From positions 20,127 through 84,126 of the forward strand of contig CAZROP010000001.1 of the NCBI GenBank assembly GCA_964601935.1: a stretch of DNA of 64,000 bases, read 5' to 3'. This DNA is from an uncultured Candidatus Saccharibacteria bacterium. GTDB taxonomy: Bacteria > Patescibacteriota > Minisyncoccia > Phycocordibacterales > UBA1006. Below the pieces are notes generated by a model that was not told the origin of the DNA, did no database searches, and saw nothing but the letters and a program-made list of their open reading frames with translations. Position 1 is the stretch's first letter; every line of letters begins with the position of its first letter. The position numbers and the translations under genes were made by a program. This document shows positions 9,101 to 18,427 of this stretch, one piece after another.

Positions 9101-9637
9101 TTACTTTTTGAACGGTACTCCGATATGATCGAAAAATGCCATTGCTTCATCACGATTGCGTGCGGTTGTAACCACATTGATCGCGAGTCCGAATATATCT
9201 TTCAGATCTTCTTCTGCACATTCTGGAAAAATAGAATGCTCTCGGATACCGATAGTGAGGTTACCCATACTATCTACCGCTGTACGGTTCAGTCCACGGA
9301 AGTCCTTTGTACGAGGTAATGTGATGTGGATGAGCTTCTCTAGGAACTCCTGCATCTTTTTACCACGTAGTGTTACTACCTGACCTACTTCATCACCCTG
9401 ACGGATTTTGAATCCTGCAATTGATTTCTTTGCAGTACGGGGAGAGGGCTTCTGTCCTGTAATACGCGCCAAACGATCTGCAACCAATGTATGAACTGTT
9501 TTATCGAAACGTGCACGCTTGCCTGTTCCAACTGATATCAGTATCTTTGTTATTTTTGGTGCAGCTAGCTTGTTCGTGTATCCGAACTTACCCCTCAAAG
9601 CTTCGTATGCCGAATTAATTTTGTCTGAGACTATCAT
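9101..9637 (-). CDS. rplE: 50S ribosomal protein L5
   Basis: Strong similarity pattern to L5 (KLAAPKITKILISVGTG...), expected length, and position after L24. Confidence 0.9.
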   Translation of the reverse strand: MIVSDKINSAYEALRGKFGYTNKLAAPKITKILISVGTGKRARFDKTVHTLVADRLARITGQKPSPRTAKKSIAGFKIRQGDEVGQVVTLRGKKMQEFLEKLIHITLPRTKDFRGLNRTAVDSMGNLTIGIREHSIFPECAEEDLKDIFGLAINVVTTARNRDEAMAFFDHIGVPFKK

Positions 9638-9640
9638 ATA

Positions 9641-9943
9641 TTATTTTATGACTTGTCCGCTTGCTTTCGCTACGCGGACTTTTTTGCCACTCTCGACCAA
9701 AAATCCTACACGTGTCGGCTTGCCAGACTTTGGATCTTTCAATGCCACATTTGATACATGGACAGGATATTCACGAGCAACGAGCTTTTTCTCATTTCCT
9801 ACGCGTCGTACTGCATGCTTGATATTAATGCCCGAAACTACAACACGATCTGCAGTAGGTAATACCTGGAGTACTTCGCCTGTTTGTTTTTTCTGTGACC
9901 CAGTCAGTATTACTACTGTGTCTCCTTTTTTGATTTTGTTCAT
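9641..9943 (-). CDS. rplX: 50S ribosomal protein L24
   Basis: KOW-motif protein 'MNKIKKGDTVVILTGSQKK'. Start taken at the internal Met, giving ~100 aa; the listed ORF is extended upstream. Confidence 0.85.
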   Translation of the reverse strand: MNKIKKGDTVVILTGSQKKQTGEVLQVLPTADRVVVSGINIKHAVRRVGNEKKLVAREYPVHVSNVALKDPKSGKPTRVGFLVESGKKVRVAKASGQVIK

Positions 9944-9959
9944 ATAGATTATATTTGGA

Positions 9960-10337
9960 CTACAGGACTTCAGGTGCCAATGACGCAATCTTGTTATAGC
10001 CTCGCTCCGACACTTCACGAGGAATAGGACCGAATACACGGGTACCACGAGGGTCACCCTTTCCATCAATGAGAACGATTGCGTTTTCATCGAATCGGAT
10101 ATAGGACCCATCAGGACGACGGAAGCTCGCCTTTTGGCGAACTACTACGCCTTTGTGTACTGTTCCTTTTTTAACTTGCTTGTTAGGTTCTGCGGTTTTA
10201 ATTGCAACAATTACCACATCCCCAATGTATGCATAGCGGCGTTTCGATGCACCTGGTACTTTGAATACCTGTGCTGTCGATCCACCACTGTTGTCAGCGA
10301 TGACAACTTTTGATCCGGCTTGCAACATATTAGACAA
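9960..10337 (-). CDS. rplN: 50S ribosomal protein L14
   Basis: 'MLQAGSKVVIADNSGG...' is typical of L14 (~122 aa). Confidence 0.9.
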   Translation of the reverse strand: MSNMLQAGSKVVIADNSGGSTAQVFKVPGASKRRYAYIGDVVIVAIKTAEPNKQVKKGTVHKGVVVRQKASFRRPDGSYIRFDENAIVLIDGKGDPRGTRVFGPIPREVSERGYNKIASLAPEVL

Positions 10338-10584
10338 CTACGCGGAAGGCAACTGTTTTTGCTACAGGTGCACATTCCTCGATTACTACTTTGCTGCCGA
10401 CCTTTGGCATTTCGCCTGCAACATGGGCTTTGTATTTCTTTGATACAGTATAGAACTTTCCGTACTTTGGATGTTTAACGAAGCGGTCAACTTTGACCAC
10501 TACCGTACTCATCATTTTGTCCGAAACCACTACACCTTCAAAACGTTTTTTATTTATTACTTTATCCATATTATTTTGCACCAA
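10330..10584 (-). CDS. rpsQ: 30S ribosomal protein S17
   Basis: 84 aa with 'FEGVVVSDKMMSTVVVKVDRFVKHPKYGK', the typical S17 OB fold. Confidence 0.85.
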   Translation of the reverse strand: MVQNNMDKVINKKRFEGVVVSDKMMSTVVVKVDRFVKHPKYGKFYTVSKKYKAHVAGEMPKVGSKVVIEECAPVAKTVAFRVVV

Positions 10585-10759
10585 GTGCGGTCAATGCTCG
10601 AGCAACACTTCGACGAAGCATGCGCTTTTCTGCTGGGTTCTTGCTAGATAAGGACAATGACAATGTTTCCAGTTTCTTGCGAGAATCAGTGACAAACTTT
10701 TGCAACTCGTCTGCTGATTGTGCTGTGAAATCTTCTTTCTTTGATGTTTTCTTTGACAT
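10571..10759 (-). CDS. rpmC: 50S ribosomal protein L29
   Basis: Start taken at the internal Met (MSKKTSKK...) to give ~62 aa. Helical, Lys-rich, and in the expected position between L16 and S17. Confidence 0.7.
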   Translation of the reverse strand: MSKKTSKKEDFTAQSADELQKFVTDSRKKLETLSLSLSSKNPAEKRMLRRSVARALTALGAK

Positions 10760-10898
10760 AATTGTTTTTACTTGAGGGGTTTCAAATTTGGATGAAGATT
10801 GAAGTGAATTATGTGTGGGCGGGAGGATTGCATACATAGCGTACGATGACGACCCAAGCACATTAATTCACGAAAAGATTCACCAAATTTGGAAGCCC

Positions 10899-11333
10899 TT
10901 AGACGAGTGTATGTTTGTCGACGATCTTAACCTTAACTGGTAATTTTGCCCCTGCCTTGCGTAGAGCTTCGCGAGCAACTGCCTCGGAAACATTATCCAC
11001 CTCGAACAGAATGCGTCCTGGCTCTACTTCTACGCAGTAACCGTCCAAGCCTCCCTTACCCTTTCCCATTGGGACTTCTGCAGCCTTTTTGGTGATAGGG
11101 CGATCGGGGAATACGCGGATCCAGTACTTGCCCAATTTTCCGACAGTACGAGACACAACCTTACGAGCTGATTCGATCTGACGTGATGTGATGCGAGCTG
11201 GAGTGATTGCTTTTACAGCGTATGATCCAAACTGCAATTCTGTGCCACGTGTTGCAACGCGATTTGCGAGAACATCTGCATTACGGCGCCCCACCTGCCA
11301 GCGTCGGTATTTTACTTTTTTAGGAAACAACAT
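10899..11333 (-). CDS. rplP: 50S ribosomal protein L16
   Basis: 'MLFPKKVKYRRWQVGRR...' is the canonical L16 N-terminus; 144 aa. Confidence 0.9.
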   Translation of the reverse strand: MLFPKKVKYRRWQVGRRNADVLANRVATRGTELQFGSYAVKAITPARITSRQIESARKVVSRTVGKLGKYWIRVFPDRPITKKAAEVPMGKGKGGLDGYCVEVEPGRILFEVDNVSEAVAREALRKAGAKLPVKVKIVDKHTLV

Positions 11334-11339
11334 AATTTA

Positions 11340-12041
11340 TTATGCATTTCTGCGAGCTGGCTGATTGTTCGACTCTGCGTTTGCATTCTCTAGACTGTCT
11401 CCACGGTTAATCCATACCTTGATACCGATAACACCGTAGGTCATCTTTGCGCGCTCACGAGCGTAATCGATATCAGCACGAATAAACTGTAGTGGAATTG
11501 ATCCCAGTTTTACCTCTTCTTTACGAGACATATCTGCGCCACCCAATCGTCCAGACAGAACGATACGGACACCTTTTACGCCACGTGACTGCATAACCTT
11601 TTCTGCGTTCATTTTCATGGTGCGCTTGAACTGGATACGCTTTTCTAGTTCCTGAACAATCTGTAGTGCAACAATCTTTGCATCAGATTCAGGATTAGTA
11701 ATTTCTGAAATATCGATCTTTACATCCTTTGGAATGTTCAGCTTTCGCTTTGCAGCAAATGCCAAAACGTCTTTACGGATATTAGTGATACCTTCACCTG
11801 ACCGTCCTATGACCAATCCCGGACGTGATGTCGCGATTGTTATCTTCATAGTTGAATGATCACGTTCGATAACAATATTGGAAACGAATTGAGTACGAAG
11901 CTTCTTTTCCAAGTACTCACGAACCAATACATCACCCTGCAGATAATTACGATACTCGCGTTTGGATCCTCCAACCCAGCGTGATAGCCATGGGCGTATG
12001 GTAACCAAACGTAGTGAATATGGATGAACTACTTTTGACAT
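11340..12041 (-). CDS. rpsC: 30S ribosomal protein S3
   Basis: KH domain plus S3 C-terminal domain; 'GIKVWINRG' is a conserved S3 motif. Confidence 0.9.
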   Translation of the reverse strand: MSKVVHPYSLRLVTIRPWLSRWVGGSKREYRNYLQGDVLVREYLEKKLRTQFVSNIVIERDHSTMKITIATSRPGLVIGRSGEGITNIRKDVLAFAAKRKLNIPKDVKIDISEITNPESDAKIVALQIVQELEKRIQFKRTMKMNAEKVMQSRGVKGVRIVLSGRLGGADMSRKEEVKLGSIPLQFIRADIDYARERAKMTYGVIGIKVWINRGDSLENANAESNNQPARRNA

Positions 12042-12045
12042 ACAA

Positions 12046-12372
12046 TTATTTTACAGCTAACACTACTGACACGTTACTCGTGTGTTTGTGGATTGGGTTC
12101 ACCATACCGCGCGACCTGGGCATGGATCGTTTTAACACGATACCTTTGTTTACAGTGATAGAATCTACTACCAATGTATTAGGGTCTACCTTGTAATTGT
12201 GTTCCGCATTTGATGCTGCTGACGTGATCACATTTGCGATCTGTCGGCTGGCGCGTTTTGGAGTGAATGCCAAAATAGCCAATGCCTCTGGAACACTTTT
12301 GCCTTTTACTGCGTCGGTAACGAGACGCACCTTACGAGGCGACTGACGATAGTTTTTGAGATACGCTTTCAT
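12046..12372 (-). CDS. rplV: 50S ribosomal protein L22
   Basis: 108 aa; 'RQSPRKVRLV...' L22 pattern, and positional order. Confidence 0.85.
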   Translation of the reverse strand: MKAYLKNYRQSPRKVRLVTDAVKGKSVPEALAILAFTPKRASRQIANVITSAASNAEHNYKVDPNTLVVDSITVNKGIVLKRSMPRSRGMVNPIHKHTSNVSVVLAVK

Positions 12373-12381
12373 ATTCTATCT

Positions 12382-12732
12382 TTATTTTTTCTTTACTGGT
12401 GATGCCGAAGAAGTTTTGGCTGCCTTTGCTGCTGCTATTTCAGCCTCTTTGCGCTTTGCATCCAATTCTTTCTGCATCTTACCACCGTGACGATGGAATG
12501 TTTTCGACGGAGCGAATTCCCCCAACCTATGTCCGATCATATCCTCGGTTACCAATACAGGGATATGCTTGCGGCCATTGTGCACAGCAAAAGTGAACCC
12601 TACGAATTCCGGTGCAATCTGGCTGGCACGTGACCAGGTTTTGATTGGTGGAGTTTGCATGGGCTCTTTGCCTGCGATTTTTTTGAAGAGCTTCCAATAA
12701 ATGAAAGGTCCCTTTTTGATGGATCGTGTCAT
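12382..12732 (-). CDS. rpsS: 30S ribosomal protein S19 with a Lys/Ala-rich C-terminal extension
   Basis: 'GPFIYWKLF...[30 protein letters not shown]' is the S19 core. An extra ~25-aa [13 protein letters not shown] tail follows. Confidence 0.85.
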   Translation of the reverse strand: MTRSIKKGPFIYWKLFKKIAGKEPMQTPPIKTWSRASQIAPEFVGFTFAVHNGRKHIPVLVTEDMIGHRLGEFAPSKTFHRHGGKMQKELDAKRKEAEIAAAKAAKTSSASPVKKK

Positions 12733-12963
12733 GTTGTGACGAGAATACTCTTTCGAGTACTCTTAAATTATGGCACTAAACTATTCCTAGACTACTCAGA
12801 CAGAGGTCTGCAAGCCCGGGTTAGTGTAAAGACTAGATTCTATTAAAATGAGTTTTTGGCAATGAAATGAAGCACCCTAGTCTATAGCACAACCAACAAA
12901 TGCCGAACCCGAGCTGATATACAGCACGATAGTAATACTACTGAAAAGTGTCAATATTGCAAG

Positions 12964-13257
12964 CTATTTATCGCTTCCCCGGAAATAGTGCCCCAAGACA
13001 AAACCTATTATAGCATTAGGAATACTTGAGATCTTCAAAACGGTATCAGCAAGATCCAGCTGGGCTTTCGCAATCATATTATAAACAACAAAAACAACTA
13101 TGGAGCCACACACTATTGCAAAATATCCCTTTACAACAATCTTGGCGAGTATTGATCGAGTTTGATTATTATCCTTCACAGGGTTGTAATCGTCACTTCC
13201 CTCTATCTTTTGTGCCAATTCTGCCAACTTTGCCTCTGCGTCGCTGATTCTAGACAT
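12964..13257 (-). CDS. Hypothetical small membrane protein
   Basis: 97 aa, one or two TM helices; no recognisable domain. Confidence 0.3.
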   Translation of the reverse strand: MSRISDAEAKLAELAQKIEGSDDYNPVKDNNQTRSILAKIVVKGYFAIVCGSIVVFVVYNMIAKAQLDLADTVLKISSIPNAIIGFVLGHYFRGSDK

Positions 13258-13271
13258 AGTATTTCTGGTCT

Positions 13272-13535
13272 TTAACTATTATTTTGCGAGTCAACTATGT
13301 GCTCATACGCAGAGAACAGCTTCTCCGTATTTTCTACTAGGTTTGTTATAGATTCTTCAATCTTAGAAATCTGAATTTGCAAAAGCTGCTTAGTTTCATC
13401 CGGGATCGAAACAGCAGCAGAGTCAGAAACAAGTTTTCTTAACTCTTCGGATTGACTGAGTAGCATTCTTATTGTCCTTACATTGGTCATGATGGCCTCT
13501 CTAATATTCTTATACTGCTGCTTAAGGTCTTTCAT
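13272..13535 (-). CDS. Hypothetical coiled-coil protein
   Basis: 87 aa, helical with heptad-like pattern; no recognisable domain. Confidence 0.3.
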   Translation of the reverse strand: MKDLKQQYKNIREAIMTNVRTIRMLLSQSEELRKLVSDSAAVSIPDETKQLLQIQISKIEESITNLVENTEKLFSAYEHIVDSQNNS

Positions 13536-13587
13536 ACAACAAAAGTATACATCATTATAGGTACAACAACAATCTACTTCCTAGAAA

Positions 13588-14952
13588 CTATACCCTCGGC
13601 AATTCGTATGCCTGCGCTCGTTCTGGCACAAATGCGTCATATCCATGTGTGTCACGAATAGACTGTGCCAGAGTTGCTGATGATCCCGCCTCGCCTAGTA
13701 CACAGAATACTCTCTTGCTGCGTTCGCCTATCTGACCCACAAAGTCCAGCAAATGCTGTGCATCCTTGTGCCCTGAGTACCCCATGATCATCTCTATTTT
13801 ACAGCGTACATCTACTGGCTTGCCGAATATATAGACCGGACTGACGCCTTCTTTGATCTTGCGACCCAGTGTCCCAGGCGCCTGATATCCGACGAATAGC
13901 AATGTCGTAGATTTTTCTGGCAGGTAATCCTGATGATGGAACATAATACGCCCCCCGGCCGACATACCGCTGCTGGCGATAACTACCTTTGGAGCCTGAA
14001 CTGCTCGGATTGATTTGGATTCTTCGGCCGTGCGAGTAAACCGCAGCCCCTTGAAACTGAATACATCATCATCCATCATTTCATTCTGAACATCTGTTTT
14101 CATGTACTCAGGATACTTGCGGAATACCTCAGTAACCTTGATCCCTAGTGGCGAGTCAACAAATACCGGAACTACCGGCACTTCTTTTGATTCTATCAGG
14201 TGATCGAGTTCTATCAGTAGTTCCTGAGTACGCTCTACCGAAAAAGCTGGAATCAACAGTACTCCATGATTTTTTATATTCTGCAGATATACGTCTTTCA
14301 ATTGCTGCGTGCGACCTTCTCTATCTTCATGATTGCGGTCACCATATACACTTTCGGTGACAATATAGTGTGGACGAGGAGTCTCGTTCGTGTCCGAGAG
14401 TAGTACCGATGGAGAATTACCCAGATCTCCCGTGAACAGAGTCTGAGTTCCTGCATCATCAATCAGTATCATCGATGAGCCCAGAATGTGCCCTGCATCA
14501 TACAAAGTGAATGCTACATCATCAGATAGCCTGATAGTATCCTGATAGGTTGCAGGATGCCACATTTTCATCGCCTGCGTAATATCTACTTCGGTGAATA
14601 GTGGTTCGATGCCTTCGTCTTCGAATTTGTGATACATCAAATTCAGTTCGTCCATGAGCATATGGTACCCGATATCTCTCGTTGGTTCGCTGGAATAAAT
14701 CTTGCCACGGAATCCATGTCGTACCAGTTTTGGTACACGCCCAATGTGATCCATATGTGAGTGTGTTACGAACAAGATATCTATCGACGCAGGATCGTAG
14801 GGGAAGGGTTCATAATTCCATTTTTCCTGTTCTTTTGTCCCCTGAATTAACCCGCAGTCAATCATAATACGTAACCCATTGGTTTCGTATACGAATTCTG
14901 CTCCTGCCACCAATTCTGTTCCGTTGAAAAAAGTAACCGTTGGGTTATTCAT
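13588..14952 (-). CDS. Metallo-beta-lactamase-fold beta-CASP ribonuclease (RNase J / CPSF-like)
   Basis: The 'VTHSHMDHIGRVPKL' HxHxDH motif, with downstream Asp/His motifs and a C-terminal beta-CASP-like region. Start placed at the internal Met (MNNPTVTFF). Confidence 0.65.
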   Translation of the reverse strand: MNNPTVTFFNGTELVAGAEFVYETNGLRIMIDCGLIQGTKEQEKWNYEPFPYDPASIDILFVTHSHMDHIGRVPKLVRHGFRGKIYSSEPTRDIGYHMLMDELNLMYHKFEDEGIEPLFTEVDITQAMKMWHPATYQDTIRLSDDVAFTLYDAGHILGSSMILIDDAGTQTLFTGDLGNSPSVLLSDTNETPRPHYIVTESVYGDRNHEDREGRTQQLKDVYLQNIKNHGVLLIPAFSVERTQELLIELDHLIESKEVPVVPVFVDSPLGIKVTEVFRKYPEYMKTDVQNEMMDDDVFSFKGLRFTRTAEESKSIRAVQAPKVVIASSGMSAGGRIMFHHQDYLPEKSTTLLFVGYQAPGTLGRKIKEGVSPVYIFGKPVDVRCKIEMIMGYSGHKDAQHLLDFVGQIGERSKRVFCVLGEAGSSATLAQSIRDTHGYDAFVPERAQAYELPRV

Positions 14953-14966
14953 AGTAAAAAATATAA

Positions 14967-15386
14967 TTATTTTGATACAGGCTGTCGATAAAACAGCACG
15001 TACCAATTAAAAGCAACAAGTGCACCTAAAGAATCGTTAATAATATCGTGGAACATATCAATGGTATCCCATCGGTATACCGGAATTAAATTATGTATGA
15101 CAATTTCATACACTTCCCACCCAATGAACGCTGCACATGCAGCTGCTCCCCATATATGCCACCAGGCATGGTGATTTACCAACTGAATGCGAGCGCCTAA
15201 ATACAGCACAAAGAACCCTATGAATATACCACCTAAAAAGTGTGTCATAACATCCCACCACCAAATTATTGAGTACAGGTGATACGAAACGCCTATCCAG
15301 TTTAGTACGAACAAAGGCACCATAACAGCCAACGCACGTTTTATGCTCCAGTCAGACAAAGGGTTCATACGATGTAAGTGTACCAT
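14967..15386 (-). CDS. Hypothetical membrane protein (Trp/His-rich)
   Basis: 139 aa, 4 TM; no family assigned. Confidence 0.35.
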   Translation of the reverse strand: MVHLHRMNPLSDWSIKRALAVMVPLFVLNWIGVSYHLYSIIWWWDVMTHFLGGIFIGFFVLYLGARIQLVNHHAWWHIWGAAACAAFIGWEVYEIVIHNLIPVYRWDTIDMFHDIINDSLGALVAFNWYVLFYRQPVSK

Positions 15387-15753
15387 ATATCACAAAAGCA
15401 ATCTGTACATAACCGAAAAGTATTCAGGTATTTACTTCTTGAGTACAAAAAAAGCACTCGTGTGTGCTGTTTTTGTCATCTTCCTTCTAAGACAAAGAGT
15501 GTGAGATTTAGCTCACGTGGGCACCTGATCTGACATGGCCACAGCCACGAGATACTTGTTGGTTCCCTATAAAATTGTGTTCTCAAAACTTTGTCTAGTA
15601 GGAAGACTAATTCATTATATCATACTTCTTTTTGCGTCATCAACATTTTGTGACCCTGACGGATTTTTACCCATTAAGGTCCCGAAAAATCCTATCCTCG
15701 TCCACCAGAAACACCCAAAATATACTTATACCTGCAATGCATGCATTATTTTG

Positions 15754-15825
15754 TGCCCCCGGTAGGACTCGAACCTACAACCGTCTCCTTAAGAGGGAGC
15801 TGCTCTACCATTGAGCTACAAGGGC
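15754..15825 (-). tRNA. tRNA-Lys (anticodon CTT)
   Basis: Reverse complement GCCCTTGTAGCTCAATGGTAGAGC...CTCTTAA...GGTTCGAGTCCTACCGGGGGCA is a cloverleaf with anticodon loop CTCTTAA. Confidence 0.8.
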
Positions 15826-15876
15826 AATAGGTAAAAGTATACACAAAAATATCTACAATTCCAGTTCTCAATCACT

Positions 15877-16458
15877 ATGGTACAATCTATCTATATGTTG
15901 GAGTTTTTTGCCGAATATCGATCTGTATTCATTATTGTACATGCTTTCTCTGCAGCAATAGGAATAGGCGCCACTCTGACGACCGATTTTCTATTTTTCC
16001 AGTTCTTGCGTGACTATCGGATTTCACGTATAGAATCGAAGTTATTCAGAACAGTCTCTCGTGCCTTTCCCGTATTTTTGACCATTATTATACTTTCAGG
16101 AGTGGCACTCTATTTATCCGACCCAGCAAAATATATTGAAAGCTCCAAGTTTATGACAAAAATGCTAGCAGTATTCATCATACTGTGGAATGGTGTATTC
16201 CTGCATTATTATGTATCCCCACGACTGCAGCGTCTAGATTTTCGTACTTCCAAATTTGCATCGACAAAGCGCATCGCATTTGCAAGCGGCGCGATATCAA
16301 TGACCTCTTGGATATCATCATATCTATTGGGACTATTATCGAAAATCCCATTTACCATAACAGACGGAATCATACTCTATTTCTGCCTGCTGGGAATCGG
16401 TGTCTGCGGGAGCCAAATCATATATGCACGTACCCAGAAACGAGCGCAGCAGAAATAA
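15877..16458 (+). CDS. Hypothetical membrane protein
   Basis: 193 aa, ~5 TM helices. Confidence 0.35.
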   Translation: MVQSIYMLEFFAEYRSVFIIVHAFSAAIGIGATLTTDFLFFQFLRDYRISRIESKLFRTVSRAFPVFLTIIILSGVALYLSDPAKYIESSKFMTKMLAVFIILWNGVFLHYYVSPRLQRLDFRTSKFASTKRIAFASGAISMTSWISSYLLGLLSKIPFTITDGIILYFCLLGIGVCGSQIIYARTQKRAQQK

Positions 16459-16497
16459 AACTAAATTTTATTTCTAACTAAATATCTTTCATAAAAA

Positions 16498-17502
16498 CTA
16501 AATATTCTGTAATTTTTCCAAAACGCGCTCAACTATTGAATCTCGGTCTAGCCCGTACTCCCGATAGAGTTCTGTCATGGTACCTGACTGGCCAAAACGA
16601 TCTTGGATACCAATACGCAACATAGGAATAGGTCGTGTTTCTGATAGATACTCCGCAATAGCACTACCGAGCCCACCTGCAACCTGGTGCTCCTCGACTG
16701 ATACAATCAATGACGCACGAGATACAACATCATCCAACATTTGGGTATCAATAGGCTTCACGGTGTGCATATTCCATACCTCTACAGAATGACCTGATTC
16801 ATCCAACTGGTGTGCAGCATAGAGAGCCTCTGCCAAAATTGGTCCACAACCAATAAATACGATATGAGGTGATTCGCTGTTGTCGCCTGCATTATCCGAA
16901 GAATAGAGTTGATATGACTTCCCTATTTGAAATGGTGTTTCCAGAGTTGTCATTACCGGGGATTTTTCACGCGCGAGCCGCAAGTAGGCTGGTGTGCGGC
17001 ACAATGATGAATCGGCGAGCGCGATAGTTGCCTTTTTCGCCTCGATTGCATCACACGGCACCACCACAGCCATGTTAGGCAGCACACGCATGAGCGCGAT
17101 GTCCTCTATAGCCTGATGGGTTCCGCCATCAGGACCAACCGACACGCCTGCATGGCTGCCAACAATTATTACTTTTCTATCGTTATAGGCAATCGTGGTT
17201 CTGATTTGCTCCCAGTTACGCCCAGGACTGAACATGGCATAGGACGAACAAAAGGGAATCTTGCCCATAGCTGCCATACCACTGGCAACAGTGACTAGAT
17301 TTTGTTCTGCAACACCAACCTGCACAAATCGCTCTGGAAATTGTTCTGCGAACAGATTCATCTGTGTAGATTCGGTCAAATCTGCACATAGTGCAACTAC
17401 CTGTGTATTTGCCTGACCTACTACCAACAAACCCTCACCGAAACCTTTTCGATTTGCAGTCATTGTGGGTTCTTCTGTAAAAAAAAGTGGATCTAGATTC
17501 AT
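16498..17502 (-). CDS. Transketolase, C-terminal (pyrimidine-binding) subunit
   Basis: Split-transketolase C-terminal section: pyrimidine-binding plus transketolase C-terminal domain, 334 aa. Confidence 0.8.
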   Translation of the reverse strand: MNLDPLFFTEEPTMTANRKGFGEGLLVVGQANTQVVALCADLTESTQMNLFAEQFPERFVQVGVAEQNLVTVASGMAAMGKIPFCSSYAMFSPGRNWEQIRTTIAYNDRKVIIVGSHAGVSVGPDGGTHQAIEDIALMRVLPNMAVVVPCDAIEAKKATIALADSSLCRTPAYLRLAREKSPVMTTLETPFQIGKSYQLYSSDNAGDNSESPHIVFIGCGPILAEALYAAHQLDESGHSVEVWNMHTVKPIDTQMLDDVVSRASLIVSVEEHQVAGGLGSAIAEYLSETRPIPMLRIGIQDRFGQSGTMTELYREYGLDRDSIVERVLEKLQNI

Positions 17503-17516
17503 ATAATATTATCAGA

Positions 17517-18350
17517 CTATGCGAAGAGCTTTTTTAATTCGTTGATCCATGATATTTCCTGTTCTTTGTTGGGTGGTTTGCCATGCCAGTGATAATCCCG
17601 TTCTATTTCTGAAATACCTTTTCCTGCAATAGTGTGTGCAATAATAACGCTTGGTCTATTAGTGATAGTCTTTGCAAGATTCACCGCATTTATAATGGAC
17701 TGAATATTATGCCCATCAATTTCTATTACATGCCAGTTGAAGGCCTCCCACTTTGCGACTAGATTCTCCAATGGCATGACGTCTTCGGTATTACCATCTA
17801 TCTGAATATTATTTCTATCAACAATTACGATCAGGTTACCAATGCGCTCTTTTGCTGCCAACATAATAGCCTCCCAGTTATTCCCTTCGTTTAACTCTCC
17901 ATCCCCCATTAAACAATAGAACCATTTTTTTGTTCGTAGATTATCTATTCGATCTGCCAACGCCATACCGACAGCCTGCGACAGCCCGCTGCCCAGCGGA
18001 CCTGATGAAGTCTCCACACACGACAGAAACTCACGATGTGGGTGACCCTGTAGTCGTGATCCGAATTTCCGCAATGTGCGCAATTCCTCTACTGGAAAGT
18101 AACCCGTGTGTGCCAAGGTTGCGTAATACACCGGACATATATGACCATTAGACAATACAAGTCTATCTCTATCAGCCCAGTCAGGATTATTCGGTTTGTG
18201 ATTCAGTATATTGAAGTACAACGCAGTAAATACATCCGCCATATCGAGTGGCCCCGAAGTGTGCCCACTTCCGGCATCTTCTAACATATCAATGATGCTG
18301 ATTCGGATTTCTTGTGCCTTTATTCGCAGTTCATCAATGGAATAGTTCAT
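17517..18350 (-). CDS. Transketolase, N-terminal (TPP-binding) subunit
   Basis: 'GSGHTSGPL...GHPH...' thiamine-diphosphate-binding motifs; 277 aa; adjacent to the C-terminal subunit. Confidence 0.8.
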   Translation of the reverse strand: MNYSIDELRIKAQEIRISIIDMLEDAGSGHTSGPLDMADVFTALYFNILNHKPNNPDWADRDRLVLSNGHICPVYYATLAHTGYFPVEELRTLRKFGSRLQGHPHREFLSCVETSSGPLGSGLSQAVGMALADRIDNLRTKKWFYCLMGDGELNEGNNWEAIMLAAKERIGNLIVIVDRNNIQIDGNTEDVMPLENLVAKWEAFNWHVIEIDGHNIQSIINAVNLAKTITNRPSVIIAHTIAGKGISEIERDYHWHGKPPNKEQEISWINELKKLFA

Positions 18351-18427
18351 ATAGATAGTATAGCGTATGTGGTCTTAAAAATGAAGAAAATCCAGTACTC
18401 TAGACTGGATTTTCTTTTTGTGACAAG

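Noticed and set aside
9519-9947. 142-aa plus-strand ORF
   Set aside because: Antisense to rplE/rplX, which are unambiguous ribosomal protein genes.
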